The position numbers and the translations under genes were made by a program. Positions 14,021 through 26,318 of a stretch of DNA of 64,000 nt are shown piece by piece; position 1 is the stretch's first letter, and every line of letters starts with the position of its first letter. The DNA lies in NCBI GenBank assembly GCA_964247055.1, contig OZ176053.1, positions 7,130,001-7,194,000 on the forward strand. The letters are read 5' to 3'. This stretch comes from Paragordius varius (taxonomy: Eukaryota > Animalia > Nematomorpha). Under the pieces are notes generated by a model that did not search any database, was not told the DNA's origin, and was given only the letters and a program-made list of their open reading frames with translations.

Positions 14021-14331
14021 TAACTTCATTAAGATTATCATTTTAATTAAATTATATATTATATTTATTTTCTTTTATAAGATTTTAAGCTCTATTATTT
14101 TGCTTAAATTATAGATTTCAATTCAAAATATTAATTAACTATAAATTTAAAAAAGTTTACAAAATTTCGGGACCAGCAGCACATAATACAATTTGGTTAA
14201 TTGTCACATATTTTTGTCAAATTTGAAATATTATATTACAATCATATGCATCTAAAAAAAATATAACAATAGCCTATTGGCAAGAAATATACAATATTCC
14301 TTCAACAAAACGGCTAAAACGGTCCACATTT

Positions 14332-14655
14332 TTGTATAATGACACACCACCAATGACAAATGATTTACAAGAAGAAACAACTCCAACAACATCTCAAGAT
14401 AAGATTGATGACAACAAGCCAAGGACATCAAATAATGCAGAACCAGTGAAATATCAGAAACTGATACCGGAATTCCTGAGGGAACGAATCGATTGCATAT
14501 CCCCGATTAATTTTGAACAAATTAGTTTGAAGAAAAAAATCGCCCAATTAAGAAACGTAATCAGTGCATCCGAGATCGGTCAGGCCGAATTTTTACGCTC
14601 AAGGTCTCTTCAGCGTAAAAAATTCGCAAGTGATACAAATTTCAATTCACCGTAA
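14332..14655 (+). CDS. IN-box-like family paralog, open C-terminal part (start uncertain)
   Basis: PVKYQKLIPEFLRERIDCISPINFEQISLKKK...RKKFASDTNFNSP; almost identical to 37627-38079 and homologous to the C-terminus of 35819-37063. Confidence 0.5.
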   Translation: MYNDTPPMTNDLQEETTPTTSQDKIDDNKPRTSNNAEPVKYQKLIPEFLRERIDCISPINFEQISLKKKIAQLRNVISASEIGQAEFLRSRSLQRKKFASDTNFNSP

Positions 14656-15569
14656 GAATTTTCTTACAAAAATTTAGATATATAATTTATATTCTTATAA
14701 ATAATCATACGATTCCGAATATAATAGACTAGGTGTATTCGTCATAGAAATACTAAATATTTTCGAGTTTGGGTTTAATTTATATATAAAAATTAATTAA
14801 ATTATAAAAATAAAGTGAGAAATCTAAAAAAAACTCTAAAGTTTACATTTATATTGAATAGTTTCGAGTTTGATAATTTAATTTTTAGGATAGTTTTTAG
14901 TTGATTATTTTACAATAACGTTTCGTGCTTAAGTTAATACTTTCTAAGAAATTAATTGGACTACTCAAAAATGTATGCCTTAAAACAATTAAAAAACAAC
15001 GATTATTAATATATTTTTTACTTCCATTCAAATTCAATTATTAAACATACGATCCGATCCTAAAATTGTAATCTTATTCCTTTCAAACAATATAAATACA
15101 AAAGCGAGGATATCTTAAATAACTCCATAATATTTAGAAATAATAATTATAAACACAAGATTTTATATTTTACAGTACTAACCAATAATTTTAAACCAAT
15201 GCTAAAATAACCAATCTAAGGTTTTATTATGTTACCTATAGTATATTTATCACAAGTTATATATATTATATTGATTTTTACAGTAAATGCAATCTTGCGA
15301 AACTTAATGAAAAAGTAGCAATGTATAGTTTCTCACAGGATATATTTTTTAAATTTTTTTACTAAAGCCACGAAATACTATTTTTTTATTTGTCAGATAA
15401 AATTATGCATAATGATTAATAATTCCTATTATATTTTAATGTGCAAATTGTTTTGTTCGTAAAAATAGAGTTTCGGAAACCCCAATATCCAATTCCAACA
15501 GTGAATCTGGAATAAAGATAGTTCGCAAACCTTATTTTCCTTGGGAACATAAGTAACTTTTAAAAATGA

Positions 15570-15992
15570 CCGAATGGTGCGTCAGTTGGGTAGGTTAGTC
15601 AAAATGCCGCCACATTCTGCTGGTTACAAAGGAAAATCGAAAACCGCCAAATATTCTAGTAATTAGAGAGAAAAAGATATGGTGCGTCAGTTGGGTTTTA
15701 AGTTGGTTAAAATGCCGCCACATTTTGACTAACTCCCTGGTTACAAAGGAAAATCGAAAACCGCCAAATATTCTAGTAATTATAGACAAAAGGATATGGT
15801 GAGTCAGTTGGGTTTTAAGTTGGTTAAAATGCCGCCACATTTTGACTAACTCCCTGGTTACAAAGGAAAATCGAAAACCGCCAAATATTCTAGTAATTAT
15901 AGACAAAAAGATATGGTGATTCAGTTGGGTTTTAAGTTGGTTAAAATGCCGCCACATTTTGACTAACTCCCTGGTTACAAAGGAAAATCGAA
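15570..15992. repeat. 117-bp tandem minisatellite, about 3.7 units
   Basis: Unit GATATGGTGAGTCAGTTGGG...CTAGTAATTATAG; the first unit is shortened. Confidence 0.92.
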
Positions 15993-16239
15993 AAGAGAAA
16001 TGCAATTAAACAGCCAAATATGGAGCTATCCATAACAGAAAAATCCGAATTACCGCCAAATTTGGATAATTCAGTAGTTACACAAAAAGAATAACTTCAG
16101 AAAAATTACAATTTAATTTATTGCAGATACTCTCCCCTTAACAATCTATAGATCAAATTATAAATAAATGAAGATCATATTTTACTTACTAATTTAACAA
16201 GTGTAGAACGTTTCACTTTATTAAATACGTTAAATATTT

Positions 16240-17120
16240 TGTAGCAAAATAAAAATAATTGTGTATATAAGAGGGTCAAAAATTAGATCAATTTTTCGTG
16301 GACACAAACGCAGGTACACTTACAAAACACTTAATAATACACCTAGTTAATATGTTAATTGTATTTCAAGAAAAATAGAATTCAAGTATTGTGTTACACA
16401 AACATGTATAGGAAGAAATTTCTCTAGACGGCCTTAATTAAAAAAAAATTTTGGCCGATATGTTTTATATATAGAGCGAATTTTAGCTTCAAAAGACATG
16501 ACGACAAGCGATAACAATTGCACGACGTTATTTCTCGCTTAGGCAGGAATGTCGGTCAAAAAAGAACTTCTTTTTTCAAATTCGCGCGACAATATCATCT
16601 GACCCGATATCATTGAAGCCGGCAGAAAATTTACGAATCGAATGGGACGAATATATCCCAGGCCAGATTTGATTCGTAAAACTTCATCGATAACAAAATG
16701 TAACATTAAATTTTTTTACGAGTCAAACCTACGTAAAATACAACTTCAAGCTTAACGTAGAGGGAAAAATGCTCGACGCTTTCATTGCAGGCATGGGAGT
16801 CAAAAAATTATTATTAGATTTGTATAGCAGATTCCCCACTCCATGTGGGAAAACGAACCCTAACCCTAAAACAAGTGAACATTGCTCTCAATTATGAATA
16901 GGCACCTCAATTAGCACTAATCGATGGCAACATGTTACGACAACAGCTGGGAAATACCAGAACAAGTGTCGATTCTGCCGTTTAAGTCATGACTGGAATC
17001 ACCTCCAACTATACTGTAAGAAAAAAATGATTGCAATGTTTAGAACATCGAATGTGAAGCCACCCCTAAGATAACATTGATAATTAATTGAAAGCCAATA
17101 CGCATGATGATGGACACAGT
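16240..17120 (+). mobile_element. gypsy family 2: 5' LTR-like segment plus gag remnant
   Basis: Duplicate of 39680-40560; decayed gag MLDAFIAGMGVKKL and a CRFC...H knuckle-like motif. Confidence 0.55.
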
Positions 17121-17139
17121 CAAGTGTTTCTTTTTTCGT

Positions 17140-17805
17140 CCCAATTCAACATTAAATTCGAAATTTCGAAAATTAAATAAGTTTTAGATCCATGTATTTT
17201 ATATCATTCGAAAGAGCGTGAAAAACTGTATCTTCCAAATGGTAGTAAATTATTTTTAATTAATCAGATGTAAAATTTATATGGTCGAAATTTTCAGCCC
17301 TGTAAACAAGTCAAAAGTTTTCACAGACAAACTATTAATTTTAATATTATTATTATTATGGTTATATTAATGTTTGATTAAAAAAAGTCTTTGAAAAAGC
17401 TTTTGGTTTGCTTTATTATAAAATTATTATTATCTTAAATATTTTACCTGGTGGATACTAAAATGCATAGATATAACTGTAAATTTATTGCATAATGGCC
17501 ATAAAAGATCAAAATACCTTAAACTTGGTTCTTGTTTTTAAAATTTTGAAATTATAAGCTTTAAGGAAAAATAATTGATGAGATGGTAATTTTTTAAAAA
17601 ACTAAACACTTAATGGCTGTTTTGAGAATAAAAGCAATAAAAAAATGTTTTAATCATTAAAACTCTCTTGTGTTTTCTTTTTTTGGACATCATCACCATA
17701 TATACAAAGTTTGATTTATTTACATCCATTAGTTTTAAAAATATATTAAATAAAAAAACGCTCTCGTTTCGTGCGTTTGTCGCTCTCTATGCCCAATATT
17801 AATAA
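17140..17805. repeat. interspersed repeat, near-identical to 44805-45580
   Basis: Direct match from CCCAATTCAACATT to CTATGCCCAATATTAATAATAGAT; the 45.0-kb copy has an extra ~130 bp. Confidence 0.85.
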
Positions 17806-18131
17806 TAGATGTAAAATAATGTGACCAGATATTTAGAACCCTGGCGCAGTACAAAATTAAAACACACTTTGCCTATTTTTTAACCGGATTTTCGGTGTTT
17901 TATATTAAATGATATTGTTCGTTATTTATAAGCTCATTAGAAATTAGAATATCCAACAATAAATTTATTAAAAATTTAATATAAATGTATGTACATATAA
18001 TTATAGCATATGTCATATATATGGATATATAATAATACTAGCGTAAATCTCGTGCTGCTACGCAGCTCGAGAAAGTGCTTCGGACTGGGGGGCTATTTGA
18101 AAAAAGGGACAATAAAATGATCCACATATGT

Positions 18132-18232
18132 AATGTGACCAGATATTTTGAATTTTGACGCAGTACAATATTAAAACATATTTTGCTTTACAACATCGGG
18201 GTGGTATATTACACAGTCACAAAATATCTCAA

Positions 18233-18268
<36 letters not shown>

Positions 18269-20300
18269 TGATAAGAAAATATCAAAATTATCAAGGTTTT
18301 GGTTTTAACCCTTACCAGTTATCAAAGTAAGTTATTTACACTTTTGTGATTAAGTCCGTATATAATTGCCAAAGGTGCGCATTTTTTCAAATACATATTT
18401 TGGTGAAAGCTAAATGCTTTATTTCAAAAGATATCACTAAAAAATATAACACAAACTAAAAGAGCAAAACAATATTTTTAATTTATAATTTTTAGATATG
18501 GGCTCTGAAAGTCTCATTTTTTTGCCTCTTTTAAAATGGACTGTGCTCTAAAAACGGAAAAATTTCGACATTATACAATAATTTCAAATATATTCTAAAT
18601 TTTGTTATCGAATAAATATGTTTTTTAAAAAATGCATACCTTAAAAATTTAATTTTTAGCAAAATTTTGTTGAAGCGTTTTTGTTTATGATGGACACGAT
18701 ACAAACGGTTGAGATGCTATACCATTTATATATATAATTCGATAATGCTAATTTTTCTCGTTCAGAATTTTGATTAAAATTTTCGCTCGTTTTTAAGTAA
18801 AAATTGTGTTTTATAACAAAAATTCACCAAAATTTGCAAGCAAACAAACCTTTAATTTAAAATTCTCAACATACAGTAATTTTCAACATCATTTAACTCT
18901 TTAGAGGGTTTTATTATATCCTAAAGCTTTATACCGTTTTCATTCTGCTTCAAAATAGTTTGCGCTTCAATAAAATATTTCAAATTTGTTTATGAAAAAT
19001 AAGAAAACTAATAAAAATTAAAGTTAAGGAAAGAAATTTAGAAATATCATACCTCCCATCGCTGGTCAAATCATCAGGTCAGTGACTATTTATTTTTTAA
19101 CCATAGTCATTGAAAAAAACACCTTTTGAAAAAATGCTAGTAAATTTTTTTTGGAAGAGAGATAGTAAGATTTTATTGTTTTTAATATATTTTTTAAAAC
19201 ACAAATATTATTTAAATATGCTTATTTCGAAAAACAAAACAATATAGCACTTTGCAAAATATGCAATACAATATATGTGAACCAATCAAAAATGAAAAAC
19301 ATCCTATAATTGGTATTTTAATGATGAAAGAAAGTGTAAAACAAATTAGGTAAAATTTAAAATATCTAGTATAAAAAATCTATGCATTTGAAGATTCAGA
19401 AGGCTACAAACATGTGGCAAAATTTATTTGAAAACAATTTCTTGATCAAATTCGATCGAAAATATATGTAAATAATAAATATCAAAAAAATGTATACAAA
19501 CTTTAAAGAAAAAACATGACATTATTAATGTAACGCAAGTGTAATTTAAACTTATTTTGACAATCCAATATCGCATGATACTTATTTAAGTACAATTGGT
19601 CATGACCATGGTCTGACTGGGTCTGACCAGATTTTTTGAAAAAGTAATCAAGCACAACCCTACTCCCACCTAATGAGTAAAGACGTAAAAACAAACAATT
19701 TTTAAATACGAAAAAACGTTTATTTCGTTATCATATGCCATATATAATGAATTTTATATAATATGTTACGGGAATAACAATTTTCTACATAATTTCCCGT
19801 TTGATTAATATAACAAAAAAATGAAATTTTTAAACGTGCTCAAACATTTATTAAAATATCATGAATTAATTTTGTTAACTCACTCTAAATTTGGAGGCAC
19901 CTCTTTTTGCGTAAGCCCTGAATAAAAGAGCCATTAGCCTGAATCTTACGATTCGAGATTTATAGTTTTGCCACTGCTGCCTTTATAAGCGGTTTGACGC
20001 ATTCAATCCAATTTTATGTATAATACGAGTGGAAAATAAAATATTAACCAATTAAAAATAGGCCAATCTTAGTTTTTTACCGCAAAATGAACCATTTCTT
20101 TACAATTTATGTGGTTATTAGAGGGCACTATATTAAATTCTAAAATACTTTTATTGAATAAATAAAAGGTAATTATATATTTATATAAAATTAATTTTTT
20201 TTAATTTAAAAAAGCAGTACAAAAGTGTGCGCAGTACCGGCGCAGTTTTTTTCTGAAAACCCAGTACTGTACTGCGAAAAACAGCCTATCTGGTCACATT
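18132..20300. mobile_element. unclassified ~2.1-kb TIR element, copy 2
   Basis: Perfect 14-bp TIR: AATGTGACCAGATA (18132-18145) and TATCTGGTCACATT (20287-20300); direct duplicate of 3155-5270. Confidence 0.65.
18236..18266. repeat. (TA)n microsatellite
   Basis: About 15 TA units; the paralogous site at ~3260 has only about 5. Confidence 0.9.
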
Positions 20301-21379
20301 TTGTATTATTTTTCAATTTTTCCATTGCACACATGTCACGCTGACTAAATTTTTAACTTTAGGTTTTAGTTAAAAGTAAATATTATCAAGTATTTTTGAA
20401 TAAAATTTTTAATATATTTCTGTTAATTAATGTAATATAAAAGTAAAATTTTGCCATCGTTTCAATTCCCTCCATATTTTTTAAAGTATTTAATTTTATA
20501 CAGACCAGGGGTATCCAACTACCCCAATTTGAATCGAAGGGCTAAAATGAATGTCTTGTATCCAAGTGTTAAAAAAGGATCTGTAGCTAGCCAAATGAAT
20601 AGTAATAGTAAGAACGTATGTGGTAATTGGCCAGAAATCAAATCTCCTGGGAATTATACATATCGAAATAAAAGGTCAACGAAACATTTTGGCTAGTTTT
20701 ATTAGAAGCGTTCTCAAAACGGTGTGAGGTTGTGTTCACAAAGTTATATCCTCAACTGTTTAATATATAAATTTTTTTGGTTTGGTGTAGACGGCTTATT
20801 TCTTTAATTTCTGAAACAGATCATCGTCAGAGTTCAAAAACTATTGATTGAAACTCCATATTAAACATTTCTCACCTATTTACCACCCTCAAACTAAAGT
20901 GTCAGTAAAAAGACGATTCGGACGATAAAGATAAAATATGACGCGAAAAAAACAAAATCGTTCAGACTTGGCGATGCTAATTTTATCGGACTATCGCTAG
21001 ATGTGTCTTGTTGATCAAAAAACAGAAATATTTTTTGAACTAGAAAGCCAGCGGAATACTGAAGGGATCAGTAGATTTTAAAGATTCATCCGAAGTAACT
21101 TATTATTCGGAATGTAAAGACCAGAGGTTGGCGAAAAGACGTAGTTGCTCGCCCAATATCGCCCACATGGTCTCTGTTTTTGATGGTCGAGTTAATTTTC
21201 CCAAAAAAATGCTAAGCTGTACGCCAAAATTTGGAAGGGAGATGTTAGGAGAATTTTGTTTAGTTATAAATATTAATTCTATATTTAATAGAATATACAT
21301 TCTAATTGCTATATATGTATTATTGTATTGTATTTATAACTATTCTGATTTAATAAATAGCTTAAATATAAACAACTAT

Positions 21380-21856
21380 TTTAAATATGGTAACAGCATC
21401 CGATAAAGAAACTATATTAAAGCGGGTAAAACGGTTTTCCTTGTTAAATAATGGTAAAAGAAAAATCAATCTCGAATACTGTGCTAGAGAAGGCATTTGA
21501 TTTTTCTCCAAATATAATAACAACAGCCGATAATGAGTGCTGAGAATCGGTTAAAACAATCTTTTTTTATAGTATTAGAGCGGTACTTATCATTTACGCG
21601 ACCATGTCTCATAACACATTTGATAATCACATTCATACTGCAATACTATATTCCGAAACCACTGAAATTTAAAAAATTGATACCGGGTATTATAAGAAAA
21701 TAAATCAATTGGCCTCCTATAGATGTTGAAGAATTTTTTTAAGAAGAAACCCAATGAATACCCCGAATGGTCAAAGCTTCAACACATGACGCTCTCAAAT
21801 TTTACGTTCACGCTCAAAACTACGATCCAAAAAACTTACTTCCAAATTCACCGTAA
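21380..21856 (+). pseudogene. IN-box-like family copy (B2 type)
   Basis: KPLKFKKLIPGIIRK*INWPPIDVEEFF; ends TCACCGTAA. Confidence 0.8.
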
Positions 21857-23049
21857 GAGTTTTTTAACACAGTTCTAGATATATATATACATTTTAATAA
21901 ATTAAATTTTATTATCGCCCTAAATCAGAAAATTTTGTTGGATATAATCCTGCAAATAAACCCAATTTAAATAATTAAATTTATTCATTAATGAGATTTT
22001 ATGAATCCTTTGTTTCAGACATTTGAGTTTATTTTTATGTATGAGTCAATACCTTCTTCAAATTAAGGGTACAGATATATTTATAGCTATTATTCGTTTA
22101 TAAATTGTAAAAAATTTATTTATTTTATTATATTTTGCCTTAAAAATTATATCAATTGAAAATCTTATACCATTTAATATGGTTGTGCGAAAAACATATT
22201 TGTGAAAATTTTGACTGACTATCTTTATAACGGCACTAAAGAATCATAATATAAATTAATATAGTTCTGCAATACAATTCGCCTAATCATCTTTGTAATT
22301 TATTGTTAAGATTTGGTAATATATATATGCACTTCATAGAGTATCCTTGAACACTTCAGGTTAGTCCTTGATCATTTGTTTGATCCTTAAAATTTTAAAT
22401 TTAGATTTAATCATAATGTTTAGATGATTTTTTTTGATTATTTTTTAACCGAATTTACTTTTATCACATATTTCTTCATTTTAAAATTAAATTGTTCATT
22501 CAAAAACCAAATATATTTGTTTTAACTTAAATTTTTTCAATTCAAAAAATATTAATTTATAAATCATGAAAATATGTAATTAATGGCCCAGAAAACCTAT
22601 ATAATTTATAATTACGTATTAAATATTTATGGATAAAATATTTTTAAATTGATAAGATAGATTGTTTCTGCATGATTAAAGTTGATATTGATTAGATGTT
22701 GAATTAAGATAATAGATTAAAAATCATAAAATAGATGAATGATAAAACTTTGATTGATAAAGTTAAAAATTTACAAAAAGTTAAAGGACCAACTTAAAAT
22801 GTTTAAAGAGTAACTTGAAGATACTCTTGAAGTGCAAATGGTATATATATATATATATTAATTTAGATATAACTTTTAGATACCTAAAATCCTAACTAAA
22901 ACGAACAAAAATAGTATTTTGATATCAAATTGTCAAATAACGCGACAAAGATATATTTTCCATAAATTAATATTAATAAATAATTAAACGCATATTAAAG
23001 ATTCAAAAAGCAGCCTTGTGACAATGTACAGCGTGGAGAAAAAGGTATC

Positions 23050-23730
23050 CTACGCAAACCAAATTTTACTGTGGAAAAGGGTCAGTTACTTTAATAATTA
23101 AAATACAAAAGAATATTAGGCTCATTAATCGAACAGTCGTATTCGCGGAAAAGGTCAAAATTGGATTTGCGCTTTTCCCATTCCGTTTCTATTTGCGCGC
23201 TCTAAATTTGTTGAATTTATATAAAACGAACGACACTAAAAGTTAAAAAAGAGCCGTTGTCTGTTATAGGGTTAATATAATATATTCCGACACCTACCAA
23301 CCCTTTATAAATTCGTTGTACAATATATGCGACAATAAAAATAAGCCTATACGTTTTTCAATTGTTTTAAAGTAATTTTAATGAAAAATTTTATGAGTTA
23401 AATTATGATATATAGATCAATCAAGATATAAATCAATCAATTAATCTACATCGCTAGTTTCAAAATATTTCTTTTTATATTTATAGCTAATTGTATTTTT
23501 TTATAAGTGGACAGTCTTCAATAATTTGGTAATTTCTCTGAGACCATTGAACTAAGCAACTTATCTGGTGGGTCATTTTGATTTCTCTGTAACTGGACAC
23601 ATACCTGGCGGTTTATTTAGCTTAATACCTATAAAACAGGTAACATATCTGGTGGTTCACATAATTTCTCAGTAGTTATATAATTGGGCCATTCACCTGA
23701 CGGTTTATTGTGATTTCTCTGTAATTATCA
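23050..23730. mobile_element. single arm of the foldback-type element (outer TIR plus four sub-repeats)
   Basis: Direct homolog of 30100-30620; reverse complement of 7770-8445. Confidence 0.7.
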
Positions 23731-24708
23731 AATTAGGGTTAGGGTTTTTGTAATCAAAGGGTTATATTAACGTTTATATATAAATACATTTTGTCTTCAA
23801 GAGTATCTTTAAACACTTAAAGTTAGTCATTAAACATTTAAAGTTAATCCTTAAACATTTCATTGGTCCTTTAACTCTTTTTCGTTTTAAGTTTTATAAA
23901 TCAAACTTTGTATCATTCATCTATTTAATGATTTTTAACTTATTCTCTTAATTCAATATAGACGCTAAATAAATATCAACTTTTAAACAATCTATCTTAT
24001 TAATTTTTTAAAAAAATATTTTATATATACGTATATATAGGTTTTCTAAGCCATTAATTACAAATTCCCATGAAACATCTATAAATTAATAATTTTTTTG
24101 AATTGAAATTTGAGAAACAAATAAATCTGGTTGTAAGAACAATATCAAAATTATGATCAATAAATTTCAAAATTTAAGGACAAATTGAAAATGATCTAGG
24201 ACTTACCTGAAGTGTGTTCAAGGGCACTCTTGAAGTGCAAATTATATATATATATATATATGTTACCAAATCTTAACAATAGTTTACAAAGATGATAATT
24301 GGCAGGAAGTAGTAAAGAATTGTATTGCAGAACATGATTCCCCTATGAAATGATTCTTTAAGGCCGTTTATAAAGATAGCCAGTCAAAATTTTCACATAC
24401 GAATCAGGCACGTCCATATAGAATGGATAATTTTAAAATTGATATAATTTTTATGGTGTTTTTAAAATTAAATATTTTTTTACAACTAATCGAATAAGAA
24501 CTATAGAATTTATTTGTGCCCGTAATTTGAAGAAGGTGTTCATTCATACAATAAAATAAACTCAATCTGAAAGCTATGATCCATAATATCTCTATTCTCT
24601 AATGAATAATACTAATTATTTAAATTGAGTTTATTTACAGGATATATTTTCCGACAAAATTTTCTTATTTAGGGCAAAATTTATCATAAAATATAGATCT
24701 GTTAACTC

Positions 24709-25040
24709 TTACGGTGAATTTGGAAGTAAGTTTCGTAATATGTTGATGATTTGAGCATTAGTCGCATTCATTAAGTTTTTTCTTTAAAAAATTCTTCAAC
24801 ATCTATAGGAGGCCAATTGATTTATTTTCTTATAATTCACGGTATCAATTTTTTAAATTTCAGTGGTTTCGGAATATAGTGTTGCCAGTATGAATCTGAT
24901 TTCAGATGTTGTAGGAGGCATGGTCGCATAAAGGATAAGTACCGCTGTATTACTATTAAAAAAGATTGTTTAAACCGATTCTTATCACTCATTATCGGCT
25001 GTTGTTATCATATTTGGAGCAAAATTAAATGCCTTCTGTA
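24709..25040 (-). pseudogene. IN-box-like family copy (B1 type)
   Basis: Reverse complement of 6450-6780. Confidence 0.8.
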
Positions 25041-25149
25041 ACACAGTATTCGAAAAAATTTCAGGAGTTAAATTATGTATATATAGATCAATCAAGATAT
25101 ACATCAGTCAATTAATCTACATCGCTAGTAAAAAAAATTTTCAATAAAA

Positions 25150-25399
25150 AACTGAATGAATGCGCCGATGCGACCATGACTCCTACAACATCTGAAATCA
25201 GATTCACACTGGCAACACGATAGGACTCAAATATTTCAAAACCAATGAAATTTAAGATGTGGATACCGGATATTATAAGAAAAAAAATCAATTGGCCTTT
25301 TATAGATGTTAAAGAATTTTTTTAAGAAAAAACTGAATGAATCCGCCTAATGCTCAAAGCATCAATATATTACGAAACTTACTTCCAAATTCACCGTAA
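25150..25399 (+). pseudogene. IN-box-like family copy (B1 type, 5'-truncated)
   Basis: KPMKFKMWIPDIIRKKINWPFIDVKEFFLRK; ends TCACCGTAA. Confidence 0.8.
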
Positions 25400-26318
25400 G
25401 AGTTAACAGATCTATATTTTATGATATATTTATTGCCCTAAATGAGAAAATTTTGTCGGAAAATATATCCTGTAAATAAACTCAATTTAAATAATTAGTA
25501 TTATTCATTAGAGAATAGAGATATTATGTATCTTAGCTTTCAGACTTTGAGTTTATTTTATTGTATGAGTGGACACCTTCTTCAAATTACAAAGGGCACA
25601 AATAAATTCTATAGTTATTATTCGATTAATTGTATATTTAATTTTAAAAAGACCTTAAAAATTATATCAATTTTAAAATTATCCATTCAATATGGACGTG
25701 CCTGATTCGTATGTGAAAATTTTGACTGGCTATCTTTATAAACGGCACTAAAGAATCAATAGGGGAATCATGTTCTGCAATACAATACTTTACTACTTCC
25801 TGCCTAAAATTATCATCTTTGTAAACTATTGTTAAGATTTGGTAATATATATATATATTATTTGCCCTTCAAGAGTGCCCTTGAACACACTTCAGGTAAG
25901 TCCTTGATCATTTCCAGTTGGTCCTTAGATTTTAAATTTTATTGATCATAATTTTGTTATTGTTCTTTAAACCAGATTTATTTGTTTCAACTCAAATTTT
26001 TCCAATTCAACAAAATTATTAATTTATAGGTGTTTCATGGAAATTTGTAATTAATGGCTTAGAAAACCTATATAATTATTACGTATATATAAAATATTTT
26101 TTTAAACAATTAATAAGATTTGATATTTATTTAGCGTCTATATTGAATTAGGAGAATAGGTTAAAAATCATTAAATGGATGAATGATACAAAGTTTGATT
26201 TATAAAACTTAAAACAAAAAAGAGTTAGGACCAATGAAATGTTTAAGGATTAACTTTAAATGTTCAAGGACTAACTTGAAGTGTTTAAAGATACTCTTGA
26301 AGACAAAATGATATATTA

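Larger units (their letters stand above)
13100..15170. repeat. palindrome P2: arms ~13100-13683 and ~14580-15170, spacer ~0.9 kb
   Basis: 13612-13683 is the reverse complement of 14583-14655, and the identity continues to 13100/15170. Confidence 0.9.
14015..17120 (+). repeat. segmental duplicate of 37438-40560
   Basis: Collinear high identity, including the ORF, the 117-bp array and the gypsy-2 LTR/gag fragment. Confidence 0.92.
18132..21800 (+). repeat. direct segmental duplicate of ~3155-6720 (mosaic with the P1 right arm)
   Basis: Collinear identity throughout; several diagnostic variants match the reverse complement of 8450-13090. Confidence 0.9.
21480..25050. repeat. palindrome P3: arms ~21480-22890 and ~23745-25050 around a foldback-element arm
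   Basis: Reverse-complement matches such as 22330-22560 with 24100-24290 and 22780-22835 with 23790-23880. Confidence 0.85.
23780..26318. repeat. palindrome P4 centred near 25100: arms ~23780-24930 and ~25190-26318
   Basis: 25190-26318 is a direct copy of 6570-7710, and 23780-24930 is its reverse complement. Confidence 0.88.

Noticed and set aside
15570-15992. CRISPR-like appearance of the regular array
   Set aside because: Units are near-identical along their full 117 bp with no unique spacers, and the context is eukaryotic.
16856-16870. (CCCTAA)2 at ~16858 and ~40300
   Set aside because: Only two units, inside the gypsy-2 gag remnant; chance occurrence in a duplicated block.
18035-18115. 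GC-richer patch resembling a Helitron terminus (ACTAGCGTAAATCTCGTGC...)
   Set aside because: No second end or other copy in the window.
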